This document shows positions 45,801-54,189 of a stretch of 54,854 bases of DNA, in pieces; the stretch's first letter is position 1; every line of letters starts with the position of its first letter. The DNA comes from a virus. Lineage: Duplodnaviria > Caudoviricetes. The DNA is taken from positions 1 through 54,854 of IMG/VR virus record IMGVR_UViG_3300048066_000293. The stretch is one strand, 5' to 3'. The notes under the pieces were generated by a model. That model did not search any database. It had not been told where the DNA came from and saw nothing but the letters and a program-made list of their open reading frames with translations. The translations under genes and the position numbers were made by a program.

Positions 45801-47830
45801 ATATTATATCAAACTCAATGCAGGTCTTAGTAGATAAAATGGTATTCAGCGCCGGATATCCACCGTCATCAGTTGGTCCTTCAGGACTTAGCAATAGTGA
45901 TTTTGGAGAAAAAGTGATTGAGTTTGTACCTAGAGAATCGTATAATGATAAGTATACATTCTTAGGAGATACTTATTCATCTCTTCCTAATCCATATGGA
46001 TATAATATACCGCCAGAACTTACGCCATCAAACATTGTTGACGAGGTAGGCTTTGGTCGCACAGAAGACCCTATACCATTTACTAACAAAATGAGTATAC
46101 CATTGACTGTACCTCCGGTGACAGCTGATGATAACTATTCTGAAGAAAAGTTTTCTCAGTATGGTAGAATATCATGGTCAAGTAATACTTTTGTATGGCA
46201 AGGGCAAGAGCAAGCGCCACGCGGAACTTATGCATTAGTCACGTGGATAAGTGCCACTCCGGGTGGACCGCCCCTTGGCATAGGTAGGAATTATGATGTT
46301 TCAGTAGTTAATACCAATTACTATAATGATAGGTATTTAATCAATGATACAAAGTATTGGCAAGCTGAATATGACTATTTTGATGATGTTAATTATCCTT
46401 TAAGCCAAGTGGGAAATTCTGTACAAAGTATGGGCGGCGTAAGGATGGATCTAATTAATCCTACAGGTGATGAAGCAGAAGTTAGATTTGTAAATTTTGC
46501 TCTTGTAAATAACGACAACACTACCTTTACAGATAGACCTGCTGAATTTTATGAACTTGGTCAAACATTGAGCTCACCGCCCGGAACAGCAGCTTTTAAT
46601 AATTTTATTGCAACAGATGCTTATTGGACATCTGATCAATTTTCCGTTCTCCCAAATTATGTTGACAGTTATATAACTGAGCTAACACCTGTAGTAACTA
46701 ATATTCCTACTTTATTTATTGGTGAAAAAATAGATGTAAGATTAAAAGAACTAACAGACTGGTTTGGAGGCTTCTTTACAAGAGAATCTGTAGAAGCTGT
46801 TGATTACTTACCGTGGGAAAAAGCAAAAGAAGCACCTTTTCCGATCAGATGGCCAGTAGTTGGTGCATACTTTAGCAGTGCAAATACATTAGTACCAAAT
46901 CCAAACTTTACTACCAAGTACCCAGCACTTAATTTTATTAGTTATTTTAAAGTTGGTAATAATTTTGTGTATCAAATCGGATTTCAAAGAGATCACGATA
47001 CAACAGCAGTATTTGACGGAACATTTAAAGCAGCTACTAGGCTAGTAATCGGTAAAGATGAAACTATTATCATTGATCAAGAAGCAGAAGAAGAAGCAGA
47101 AGCAGAAGCAGGTCCAGTAAAAAGTCAAGATACTATGTTACCTTATCTTGGACAAGCATGGTCTAATCAAGTTCCACAAAATGTAAGACTATCTACTTAT
47201 GGAGGCAGTCGATATCCTGATGTAACAGAAGGATATGTAAGTCCTGACATAGGCTTTGATAGTTTAGAACCTTTAACTATCGACCAACCAAGAGCATGGT
47301 ATTTGCCATTAGATGGAAAAATCTTAGTTTATCCTTTCTCCTTTGGTAAAGAAAATATTAATACTGATTTTCAAATTTCTCTAAAATCTCCTACACAGGG
47401 TGAAGTAGTAACTAACACTGACGGAGCAGGAAATCAAATTGTTCCGGTTATTTGGATTAGTAGTGTTCCAGGCGGCGCACCACAAACTACTGTAGACAAT
47501 GTACCAGTGTTTATGACAGGATTTGACGCCGTGTTAAAATGCCAGCAGTGTTTTGATGTTTCAGAAGCAAGGCCAGACACAATGTTGTTTCCAGTAGTTA
47601 CTAAAGATTACTATATTAATACTGCAATGGTTATGGAAAGCACTACACTAGATTGGACTTTAAATCCGCAAAATTTTGCAGTTAATAAAGATAATTTGAT
47701 AGCTTGGCAGCCGGAAGATGCATTTCCTGTAGCAGGGTCTGATAATAACCAACTAGGAGTTCTTACATTGTTAACAAGCGCACTAGAACCACTAACAGAC
47801 TTTTTAGGTGATTCAACAACAGGAGTATAA
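42887..47830 (+). CDS. 1647-aa acidic Pro/Gly-rich protein with four repeated beta modules
   Basis: WFSATPGG, WISETPGG, WISATPGG, WISSVPGG, each followed by (Y/R)(Y/F)xNxAxV. Confidence 0.8.
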   Translation: MSDPYKHLDLTPEYNRIITATTNIRDEIRLMRKRSENPDTGLVASWVMNDLEKAQLAVSLSGASGNKAEEVRKLIETPEPLNGGIGDPAEMTGEDGILGDVDKQREYYLAAFDQEIDPEETRALIRVDGKFYWEADGGVSEDEGEVGPIKQTTPYALGEYIGYKSMDAQIGYSTAQPSNAKKGPGRVVDIADKTLPNKRWAAPRPEYKSSLDIPNLLADLINPITGAIVAKSILQQKQEAVNAAASPASANPLQSLGATAAKELVKQLPDFAAMTTDREFGLGSGYGLVADAPASFRGAPDMLPFVGSTIADEGGVPSWVEFPQYQYEGYGGGPYRVCEFPNFMGQGHTGPMNFNAGVPVPYNGKVYSYPIPLDGQFVNHRFIQPISPPDSNPVTTMSLINFNHDASYIAWFSATPGGAPHPSADGVPLVMLLGRVEFTLSYYQAFSLTDRDFGPKNIVFPIITKTYYFNVALVKNETVQRICNSRVGGVPSPAPRAPRPEELVSFDPTEIYDVRGDRIPIIGGSQSHPNNNPPQPESGPNYVIMLMAPRSNRARESQGQPYNGVYDLMTFQEYVDFYEVDTSPELPSAPPPTDESGQSPFTDLKTLVGSPALGQFTNVAYNEEIIVLADEAFPDRAFTAIRINESELADFFGLETFEDENLYRMDDLSIIDSKFTAFGEARSFFAKNFIQGRRHKYKLKYASNGETPSTWKEEQFQGERYVSATGTPYRLFFIETLTTPKDGSTPSYQQINDISMEGSDGTGLGPSSYNGAYDQLPFQSAPNPFNYTIADKVAFSDPSWIVGTKPFNGNSIYATDIEYDNRFSIPFTLPYVVPSDPSNKDNLETYGTFQIGSNRAFVGSTATGNRFVGIAWISETPGGTPIATPNGSTYTAFSADAGRFERLYWSGDPGVFSGAYGGDTWTNILNAGICNTPGGELRFFNTAWVDISLFNNNVILTDGIKAQPGTSTFESYIISNSMQVLVDKMVFSAGYPPSSVGPSGLSNSDFGEKVIEFVPRESYNDKYTFLGDTYSSLPNPYGYNIPPELTPSNIVDEVGFGRTEDPIPFTNKMSIPLTVPPVTADDNYSEEKFSQYGRISWSSNTFVWQGQEQAPRGTYALVTWISATPGGPPLGIGRNYDVSVVNTNYYNDRYLINDTKYWQAEYDYFDDVNYPLSQVGNSVQSMGGVRMDLINPTGDEAEVRFVNFALVNNDNTTFTDRPAEFYELGQTLSSPPGTAAFNNFIATDAYWTSDQFSVLPNYVDSYITELTPVVTNIPTLFIGEKIDVRLKELTDWFGGFFTRESVEAVDYLPWEKAKEAPFPIRWPVVGAYFSSANTLVPNPNFTTKYPALNFISYFKVGNNFVYQIGFQRDHDTTAVFDGTFKAATRLVIGKDETIIIDQEAEEEAEAEAGPVKSQDTMLPYLGQAWSNQVPQNVRLSTYGGSRYPDVTEGYVSPDIGFDSLEPLTIDQPRAWYLPLDGKILVYPFSFGKENINTDFQISLKSPTQGEVVTNTDGAGNQIVPVIWISSVPGGAPQTTVDNVPVFMTGFDAVLKCQQCFDVSEARPDTMLFPVVTKDYYINTAMVMESTTLDWTLNPQNFAVNKDNLIAWQPEDAFPVAGSDNNQLGVLTLLTSALEPLTDFLGDSTTGV

Positions 47831-47831
47831 T

Positions 47832-48593
47832 ATGCCAGCAGTACATAGAGTAGGTGATATTGATAGCGCAGGCGACAGCGCACAAACTGGCGCTGAAGGC
47901 GTTTTTGTAAATGGCGGTCCAACGCTAGGCGGCGGCGTAGCTGATACGTTAGGTGTTGATAACATTGTTGGGTTATCGGATGAAGATGCTAGAGCAATAT
48001 TGTCAGGTTATTCTGCTGAACTTGCTGAAGGAAATGATCCCGAGATAAATGAACAATTAGAATCGTTTGGAGGCGGCAGTCCTAACGGAGTTAGTCCAAC
48101 AACTGGAGAGTCAGGAGTTATTCCTGCACCAGGTTCAGACGCAGCAGGAGTTGGATCAGATGATGGTACTCCTCCAATAGAAACAACAAAACCAGTTACC
48201 GAATGGCTAAATTTTTTACCGCACGTTAGTGATTCTATCAAAGACGAAGTATGGGATAAACTATATGACTTAGCAAAGAATAAAATAAAAAGACCTATAC
48301 GAATTACATGCGGTTATCGTTCGCCAGCTTATAATGCACGAGTAGGTGGCGCAAAGAAAAGTCAGCATATGCAAGGCAATGCTGTAGATATTCTTTGGGA
48401 TACTACTAATGTTCAAGTACGTATTGATTTTATTCAACAGGCTATAAATGCAGGATTTACAGGAATAGGTTGTTATTCAAACTTTATACATCTTGATATA
48501 GGTCCAAAGCGACATTGGGGTCCTAATGGCAGTTTTACAGGACAAATACAACAATATAAACCTATACTAGAAAACAATGGTTATACTTTCTAG
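47832..48593 (+). CDS. PAAR-like N-terminus fused to peptidase M15A (start MPAVHR)
   Basis: MPAVHRVGD...VFVNG; ITCGYRSPAYNARVGGAKKSQHMQGNAVDI; FIHLD; AGGAG SD. Confidence 0.8.
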   Translation: MPAVHRVGDIDSAGDSAQTGAEGVFVNGGPTLGGGVADTLGVDNIVGLSDEDARAILSGYSAELAEGNDPEINEQLESFGGGSPNGVSPTTGESGVIPAPGSDAAGVGSDDGTPPIETTKPVTEWLNFLPHVSDSIKDEVWDKLYDLAKNKIKRPIRITCGYRSPAYNARVGGAKKSQHMQGNAVDILWDTTNVQVRIDFIQQAINAGFTGIGCYSNFIHLDIGPKRHWGPNGSFTGQIQQYKPILENNGYTF

Positions 48594-48658
48594 TGATAAT
48601 GGTTGACAACTACTATTTTGTATGCTATTATAGTTTATAATTTAATAATAGGCAAAAT

Positions 48659-49261
48659 ATGAAATACAATAATAAGGTAATACTAACAGACGCTGATGGC
48701 GTACTTCTTAATTGGGAGTATGCATTTACAGTCTGGATGGAGCAACACGGACATACGCAAGTTGATGACGCTAACTTTATATACGACATTGGCAAACGTT
48801 TTGGTTTAGAATCTAATAACATGGGGCATAGGCTTGTTAAGCAATTTAATGAGAGTGCTGCAATTGGCTTCCTACCAGCATTACGTGATGCAATGTATTA
48901 CGTTAAAAGACTACACGAAGAACACGGATATGTATTCCGTTGCATTACAAGTTTGTCTACAGACAGGAATGCATATAAACTTCGTAAAATGAATTTGGAA
49001 AAACTGTTCGGAGAAACAGCTTTTGAAGAATTAGTTTGTTTGGATACAGGTGCAGATAAAGACGAAGCACTAAAACCGTATAAAGATTCAGGTTTATACT
49101 GGATTGAAGACAAACTATCTAACGCAGTAACAGGTTTAGACTTAGGTCTAAAACCAATACTCATCGAACATGGATTTAATATGCTCGATGACATCCCTGA
49201 AGGTATGACTAAGGTAGTTAACTGGAAGGAAATTTATAACCACATAACAGGAGAAAAATAA
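48659..49261 (+). CDS. HAD-superfamily 5'(3')-deoxyribonucleotidase-like phosphatase
   Basis: ILTDADGVLLNW, CITS, K, WIEDK..N; sigma70 promoter at 48603. Confidence 0.85.
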   Translation: MKYNNKVILTDADGVLLNWEYAFTVWMEQHGHTQVDDANFIYDIGKRFGLESNNMGHRLVKQFNESAAIGFLPALRDAMYYVKRLHEEHGYVFRCITSLSTDRNAYKLRKMNLEKLFGETAFEELVCLDTGADKDEALKPYKDSGLYWIEDKLSNAVTGLDLGLKPILIEHGFNMLDDIPEGMTKVVNWKEIYNHITGEK

Positions 49262-49443
49262 TGTCACAACCGACACATGAAGAAATTGTACAGGCTTTTA
49301 ACAACTATCTAAAAGAGCATGAGACTTTTGAAGGTAAAGGTGTAAAAGCTGCCGCAACACGAGCACGTTCAGCATTAGGTGATTTAGGCAAACTTACTAA
49401 AGAGCGCCGTAAAGAAATCATTGAAAAAAAGAACGCAATGTAA
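49261..49443 (+). CDS. Hc1 histone-H1-like small protein
   Basis: KGVKAAATRARSAL..L.KL.KERRKEI. Confidence 0.8.
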   Translation: MSQPTHEEIVQAFNNYLKEHETFEGKGVKAAATRARSALGDLGKLTKERRKEIIEKKNAM

Positions 49444-49652
49444 TGAGCGGACAACGGCGATGGCTTAAATTATGGGCTAGAACTGTTGGCATGCCAATAG
49501 GCATTACGGACGACGACAAGCCAGAGTTGCAGCCCATCAAACAAAAAGATGTGAAACGGGCTCTGGCTTTTCGGACGTTTTGGATTGTATTACATGTTGT
49601 TACATGTTTTATGATTATCATTGGTAATGGACGAGTACTTAATTTTTGGTAA
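49443..49652 (+). CDS. Small membrane protein
   Basis: 69 aa; C-terminal hydrophobic helix; TAATG coupling. Confidence 0.7.
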   Translation: MSGQRRWLKLWARTVGMPIGITDDDKPELQPIKQKDVKRALAFRTFWIVLHVVTCFMIIIGNGRVLNFW

Positions 49653-49665
49653 GAAAGATAATAAA

Positions 49666-49830
49666 ATGAATCCTGTTTCAAGGAAACACAGCCCAGAGAC
49701 GCAGAAACTAATCGACGAGTGGCTAAAGAAAAATGAGCCAACTAAGTTTGCGTACAATCAAAGATCAGAACACGTAGAAGTAACAAAAGGGTTCTACGGC
49801 AGAAAGAAAAAGAAAAAGACAGAGGATTAA
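49666..49830 (+). CDS. Small basic hypothetical protein (start MNPVSRK)
   Basis: In-frame ATG downstream of the previous stop. Confidence 0.6.
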   Translation: MNPVSRKHSPETQKLIDEWLKKNEPTKFAYNQRSEHVEVTKGFYGRKKKKKTED

Positions 49831-49831
49831 C

Positions 49832-50443
49832 ATGCCATACGTAGATGTATTTCCTTCGGCTGTGTCAGTAGACAATATTGGTAGAGCATTTACAGAAGAA
49901 GAAACTAAACTTTGCGAACAAGAATTTGAAGTTGCTATGCATAACATTGGCAACATGATGGGGTCTGATCAATATGTCTTAAATAGACCCGAGTTATCTG
50001 ATATACGACAGTTTATACAGCAAAGACTAGATGCGTATCTACATGAAGTGTATGCACCTCATAATGATTTAGAAATATATATTACTCAAAGTTGGTTCAG
50101 CTGGCTAACGCCTGGACAACATTTCCATGAGCACCAACATCAAAATAGCTTAGTATCAGGGTGTCTTTATTTTAGTGCAGATAGAAATCAAGATGCTCTT
50201 ATTCTACACAAAAAAGAATTTCAACAAATTTATATTCCAACCGCACCTGAAAATACAAATTTATGGAATGCGCAAATGGCAAATATTCCTGTAGCAACAG
50301 GAGATATAGTTTTGTTTCCGTCTAAGATTACTCATAGTGTTGCACCAACACAAGGAAAGCATTTACGCACAACACTTGCGTTTAATAGTTTTATAAAAGG
50401 CAATATTAGAGAAGGCCTTCATCTTTTAGATTTAGACCTATGA
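49832..50443 (+). CDS. 2OG-Fe(II) oxygenase superfamily protein
   Basis: SWF, HEHQHQNSLVSGCLY, GDIVLFPS...HSV, R.TLAFN. Confidence 0.88.
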   Translation: MPYVDVFPSAVSVDNIGRAFTEEETKLCEQEFEVAMHNIGNMMGSDQYVLNRPELSDIRQFIQQRLDAYLHEVYAPHNDLEIYITQSWFSWLTPGQHFHEHQHQNSLVSGCLYFSADRNQDALILHKKEFQQIYIPTAPENTNLWNAQMANIPVATGDIVLFPSKITHSVAPTQGKHLRTTLAFNSFIKGNIREGLHLLDLDL

Positions 50444-50444
50444 T

Positions 50445-51308
50445 ATGCAAGAAACTGTCGACTTTGAAGATATAAGAAAACTATTTGACGACACATGGGA
50501 CGTTGGATATCTTAGTCCTGAACATTTATTACAATGCGCACATTCACCAGTTAAGAATAAATTTCATGTGTATGGTGTAGACTACACAAATAATACACAC
50601 TTTAAAAATCTATTCAATTCGATAGTACTAGTAAAAACAGGCCATACATGGGATTACAGCCATTACGACCAAGCCAAAGACATTATGTCAAATAGCGGCA
50701 TCGTTGGTTGGTATCCTTCTTACACTAATTACAAACAGGCAGTAATACATGCAGGACTAGGTGTTCGAGCAAAAAACAGTCTTGTTTATAGTTTCAAGTT
50801 TGGATTTGATTGTCATATATGCATGATAAGTTTCCAACCTACTATTGTAAATTATCCTGATAGAAGTAAAAAACGTAACTACGGACTTTGGAAACATTGC
50901 GAAGGTTGTGATGATTGTATTGTTAATTGTCCTGCAAAAGCAATACACTATGATGAAAAAGAACCTCCGTGGATTGATTCAGGAGCATGTGAAAATTTTA
51001 TATTTTTTGGTAAAGATGAAAATGTTCCAAATGTTATTAACTATTGGCATAAAAATGTACATCCTGAAATACCACAGCAAGTAATTGATAATATCAAAAC
51101 TGTAAAAGATATGAAGGACACAATAGGAGATATCAAATGGGACACAAACGGCTATAGTTACGATGGCAATGTTACCCGTAAAGATGGTGAAATAGTTTAT
51201 GTACCGCACTGTAGAGAATGTACAAGTCAACCACGGTGTAGTAAATGGGAAGGAAACTATCCTTATGATGGATCAGGCCCCATAGAAAAGATTAGGATCG
51301 TAAAATGA
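50445..51308 (+). CDS. QueG/reductive-dehalogenase-like 4Fe-4S protein
   Basis: YKQAVIHAGLG..AKNSL....FG, CEGCDDCIVNCPAKAI, C, CREC...C. Confidence 0.7.
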   Translation: MQETVDFEDIRKLFDDTWDVGYLSPEHLLQCAHSPVKNKFHVYGVDYTNNTHFKNLFNSIVLVKTGHTWDYSHYDQAKDIMSNSGIVGWYPSYTNYKQAVIHAGLGVRAKNSLVYSFKFGFDCHICMISFQPTIVNYPDRSKKRNYGLWKHCEGCDDCIVNCPAKAIHYDEKEPPWIDSGACENFIFFGKDENVPNVINYWHKNVHPEIPQQVIDNIKTVKDMKDTIGDIKWDTNGYSYDGNVTRKDGEIVYVPHCRECTSQPRCSKWEGNYPYDGSGPIEKIRIVK

Positions 51309-51628
51309 ATTGTGAACAAGGCGATAAAGCCGTAATTGTATTTTCAATAAACCCAAAAAATGTTGGAAGAATTGTAGATGTAACAGAGTATATTGGAAAG
51401 TTTAGCGAACGCGAACAGTTTCAGTTTAGAGGATTAGTTTGTCAAGCACCTGTTACAGATCACTACTGGTGGATAGAAGCAGATGATATAGACATACAAC
51501 TAGGTCCAAGTCCTCGAGCATATATTGCTGATAGTTGGTTACGACCAATACGTCCAGAGGGCGAGTCTAAAAAACAAAAGGCATCAAAAGGATTAGATGT
51601 TAGCGCACTAACTACCCTTAATTTGTAA
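51305..51628 (+). CDS. Hypothetical protein
   Basis: MNCEQGDKAVIV...DSWLRPIRP. Confidence 0.75.
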   Translation: MNCEQGDKAVIVFSINPKNVGRIVDVTEYIGKFSEREQFQFRGLVCQAPVTDHYWWIEADDIDIQLGPSPRAYIADSWLRPIRPEGESKKQKASKGLDVSALTTLNL

Positions 51629-51656
51629 ATATAGATATAAGCAAAGGAGGTCCACA

Positions 51657-51911
51657 ATGTGCAGTCCATTTGTACGTAAAGAAGCCAACAGACTTTTTTG
51701 GTTAGTTAAAGGTCATCTAATTCCTATATCGGAGCCAGACGATATTGTAGAAGGTTACTATGAAAGTTATTTCAAACGGTTATGGAATAATGAATCTGGA
51801 TGCTTAGAGCAGTATGAACATGGATTTGAGCAAGCATGGAAAGCTCGTGAAGCAGAAATGTATGCTACGGATATCCAAAAAGTAGCAGTACTAGGCGGAC
51901 ACTACGATTAA
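51657..51911 (+). CDS. Hypothetical protein
   Basis: 84 aa; AAGGAGG SD; TAAATA upstream. Confidence 0.75.
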   Translation: MCSPFVRKEANRLFWLVKGHLIPISEPDDIVEGYYESYFKRLWNNESGCLEQYEHGFEQAWKAREAEMYATDIQKVAVLGGHYD

Positions 51912-52151
51912 AGGTAGACAAATATATCAAACTGTGTTATAGTATAACATAACAATTAGGGAGATAGATATGACTACATTTGAAAAGATTGAATTTGTTG
52001 TTGGTTTATCGTGTTTAGGACTTCTCCTATCACTATAAGCGAATACTCACAAACGTAGTATTGCTTTTATATTTTTGGTGCATTGACGAAGATCCAGAAA
52101 TGTGTAGACTAAAAAAGAAAGGTGAACAAACTTCTACTATTGAAATAGAGG

Positions 52152-52182
52152 TTGACATCTAGTATTACTTATGTTATAAATA
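52152..52182 (+). promoter_or_regulatory. tmRNA promoter: sigma70 site overlapping a full TATAAATA late box
   Basis: TTGACA 52152-52157, N17, TATAAATA 52175-52182. Confidence 0.8.
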
Positions 52183-52186
52183 GTAT

Positions 52187-52571
52187 TGTAACGTTGAAGC
52201 AATTCAAACGGCATACAGGACCCGGGGGCGGTACCCGGCAGCTCCACCATAAGCACATTTGGAAACACAATGAAGACACGTATTAAAATGCAAGGCGGCG
52301 ATGAGTTTGATGCTCTAAGCAAGAAGGCTAAAAATTACTATCATTGGAAACCAGGTGAACGCAAGAAGATTAAGCGTGGTTATAACAAAAGACTTCGCAA
52401 GTGTGCTTATGATGGGGCTGAAATAGGATCGACTGGTGTTTAATAGGAGAGTGGAGTTGCCCGGATGTAAGCTCGGTTAACGCGAACAAACTTAATAATT
52501 GCAAACGCAAATTATTCATTAGCAGCCTAAGGGCAGCTACGAGGTAGTTAGACCTTGTTACCAAACATAGC
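52187..52571 (+). ncRNA. ssrA: Circularly permuted two-piece tmRNA (acceptor piece about 52187-52249; coding piece from 52414; tag ANANYSLAA)
   Basis: T-arm CCGGG-GGCGGTA-CCCGG then CAGCTCCACCA, upstream of GGGGCTGAAATAGGATCGAC; G3-U70 pair; tag frame 52501-52530; outer ends approximate. Confidence 0.95.
52270..52443 (+). CDS. 57-aa basic protein encoded in the tmRNA intervening segment
   Basis: MKTRIKMQGGDEFDALSKKAKNYYHWKPGERKKIKRGYNKRLRKCAYDGAEIGSTGV; hand-translated, below the ORF-track cutoff. Confidence 0.6.
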   Translation: MKTRIKMQGGDEFDALSKKAKNYYHWKPGERKKIKRGYNKRLRKCAYDGAEIGSTGV

Positions 52572-52600
52572 AGAAAAGCATCTTCGGATGCTTTTCTTTT
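52572..52600 (+). terminator. Intrinsic terminator after tmRNA
   Basis: AGAAAAGCATC-TTCG-GATGCTTTTCTTTT. Confidence 0.9.
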
Positions 52601-52691
52601 ATCTGCTACGTTTTAGCGCAGTTATAATACTTGACTTTTGGCTAAAATCGTGCTAAATTAATATACACACATAGACAGAAAGGACTCTACT

Positions 52692-53054
52692 ATGAAACCC
52701 TCTACTAAGCCCATTGGCTGGGCAACTACTATTTCATCACTAATTTCCATACCACGTGAGATGTGGGACAGCGTGATGACAGTAGAAAAGTCACCACTAC
52801 GTAATTTAGACCCTATGGTTGGTCATATGATTTTTCAATGTTTGTTCTTTATTTGGTCAGGCATCTTTGCAGTAATGGTAGGAAGTTTTTATGCGTTTGG
52901 CATTAGTGCAGCATTTCATATCTTGTTGATCAGTGGTATTACAATTACAGCAGTGATATTCCGTCAAGCAGAAAAGAATCCAGAATCACTTAACAGTTTG
53001 TTAAAGTCAGGACGCAAATACAACGGCCGAGCAAACGGAGGCGAGCATGAGTGA
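52692..53054 (+). CDS. Two-TM membrane protein
   Basis: 120 aa; SPLRNLDP...FQCL..IWS; promoter at about 52631. Confidence 0.8.
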   Translation: MKPSTKPIGWATTISSLISIPREMWDSVMTVEKSPLRNLDPMVGHMIFQCLFFIWSGIFAVMVGSFYAFGISAAFHILLISGITITAVIFRQAEKNPESLNSLLKSGRKYNGRANGGEHE

Positions 53055-53208
53055 GCAAACAAACTATTGCACAACTAAAGGCCTAGGCTGGGCTTTTCTA
53101 ATTATTATTATTGGAATGGTTGGTATGCCTATTCTCGGGTCAGCTATTGCTTATCCAGACAACTGCAAACAGTCTATTCTTATTCCTTGTTTAGGACTAG
53201 AAAAATGA
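53047..53208 (+). CDS. 53-aa single-TM peptide (MSEQTNYCTTKGLGW...)
   Basis: Hand-translated; GGAGG SD; overlaps both neighbours. Confidence 0.65.
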   Translation: MSEQTNYCTTKGLGWAFLIIIIGMVGMPILGSAIAYPDNCKQSILIPCLGLEK

Positions 53209-53417
53209 TACCTAAAGAAACAGCACAAAAAACAGCAGAACATACCTTCACAGGTTTTATGAACTGGACAAAATACACAGTATACGGCTCGCTTGCTTTT
53301 TTCTTAGCAGTAGCAAGTTGTAATTTTGGCGTAGAAGACGGACCTAATAGAACAGGTTCGCAGTATGACGGGAGTGCGTATGCTCCTATGAATCTTAACG
53401 TAAAGGATAACAAATGA
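53205..53417 (+). CDS. aa3-type cytochrome c oxidase subunit IV-like peptide (start MIPKE)
   Basis: AEHTFTGFMNW followed by a TM helix, resembling the E.TF.GF motif of alphaproteobacterial CoxIV. Confidence 0.5.
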   Translation: MIPKETAQKTAEHTFTGFMNWTKYTVYGSLAFFLAVASCNFGVEDGPNRTGSQYDGSAYAPMNLNVKDNK

Positions 53418-53830
53418 GATTAACATTAGCAGCAATTTTAATTGCAATTGGTATGGGCACTGCTCATGCAGAAGATATGACCATTGACATGTTAAACAAG
53501 CGTGACGATGGTGCAAAGATGGTTTATTCACAAGACATTGCACGTATTGATGTAGGCGATACAATTACATGGACACCAGAGGATAAAGGACACAATGTAG
53601 AATTTATTGCAGGTCCAGACGGATGGGACGCACCACGTAAATCAAAACTATCAAAAGAAGTTGCGATTACATTTGATACACCAGGCGTATATCTCTATCA
53701 ATGCACACCACACAAGTCAATGGGCATGATTGCTATTGTCGTTGTAGGTGACGGAGACAATGATGTATCCAAAGCTAAAGTAAAAGGCAAATCAAAGAAA
53801 AAATTAAAAGCGTTATTGGCTGAGCTATGA
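53414..53830 (+). CDS. Pseudoazurin (blue copper protein)
   Basis: Signal peptide AHA-E; MLNK; GHNVE; YQCTPHKSMGM copper ligands. Confidence 0.92.
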   Translation: MRLTLAAILIAIGMGTAHAEDMTIDMLNKRDDGAKMVYSQDIARIDVGDTITWTPEDKGHNVEFIAGPDGWDAPRKSKLSKEVAITFDTPGVYLYQCTPHKSMGMIAIVVVGDGDNDVSKAKVKGKSKKKLKALLAEL

Positions 53831-54042
53831 AACCGAACAAAAACTTTGAGCTTTCTGTAAGAGATATTGAAGTTATAGAATCAGCACTAAGAGCAAAGGC
53901 TGGTCGTAGAGGATTGGCTATTGCTCAAGGTGACGTATCTGTACAACTCCATGAAGAAATGACAGAGATACAACAACTGCTTGGTCGCATACATGATCAA
54001 AAACAGTGGTATAGGCCAAAGGATTTTGTTCCGGGCGGATAG
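53827..54042 (+). CDS. Hypothetical protein
   Basis: 71 aa; FELSV.DIE.IE.AL...LLG.IH.QK.WYRP. Confidence 0.75.
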   Translation: MKPNKNFELSVRDIEVIESALRAKAGRRGLAIAQGDVSVQLHEEMTEIQQLLGRIHDQKQWYRPKDFVPGG

Positions 54043-54132
54043 TGTTGCAAATAAGTAACAAGTATATGTTAACTTTTTAAAACACGCTCTAAAGCACTCC
54101 GTAACATAAATTACTAGTGTAAATAAAACGTC

Positions 54133-54161
54133 AAAGGGCAAGCGCGAACTTGCCCTTTTTT
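54133..54161 (+). terminator. Terminator-like hairpin
   Basis: AAAGGGCAAG...CTTGCCC followed by T6. Confidence 0.7.
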
Positions 54162-54189
54162 ATGACATTACAACTTGAAAGGTATTATA

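Noticed and set aside
52137-52564. Minus-strand ORFs 52137-52322 and 52370-52564
   Set aside because: Antisense to the tmRNA pieces; no supporting signals
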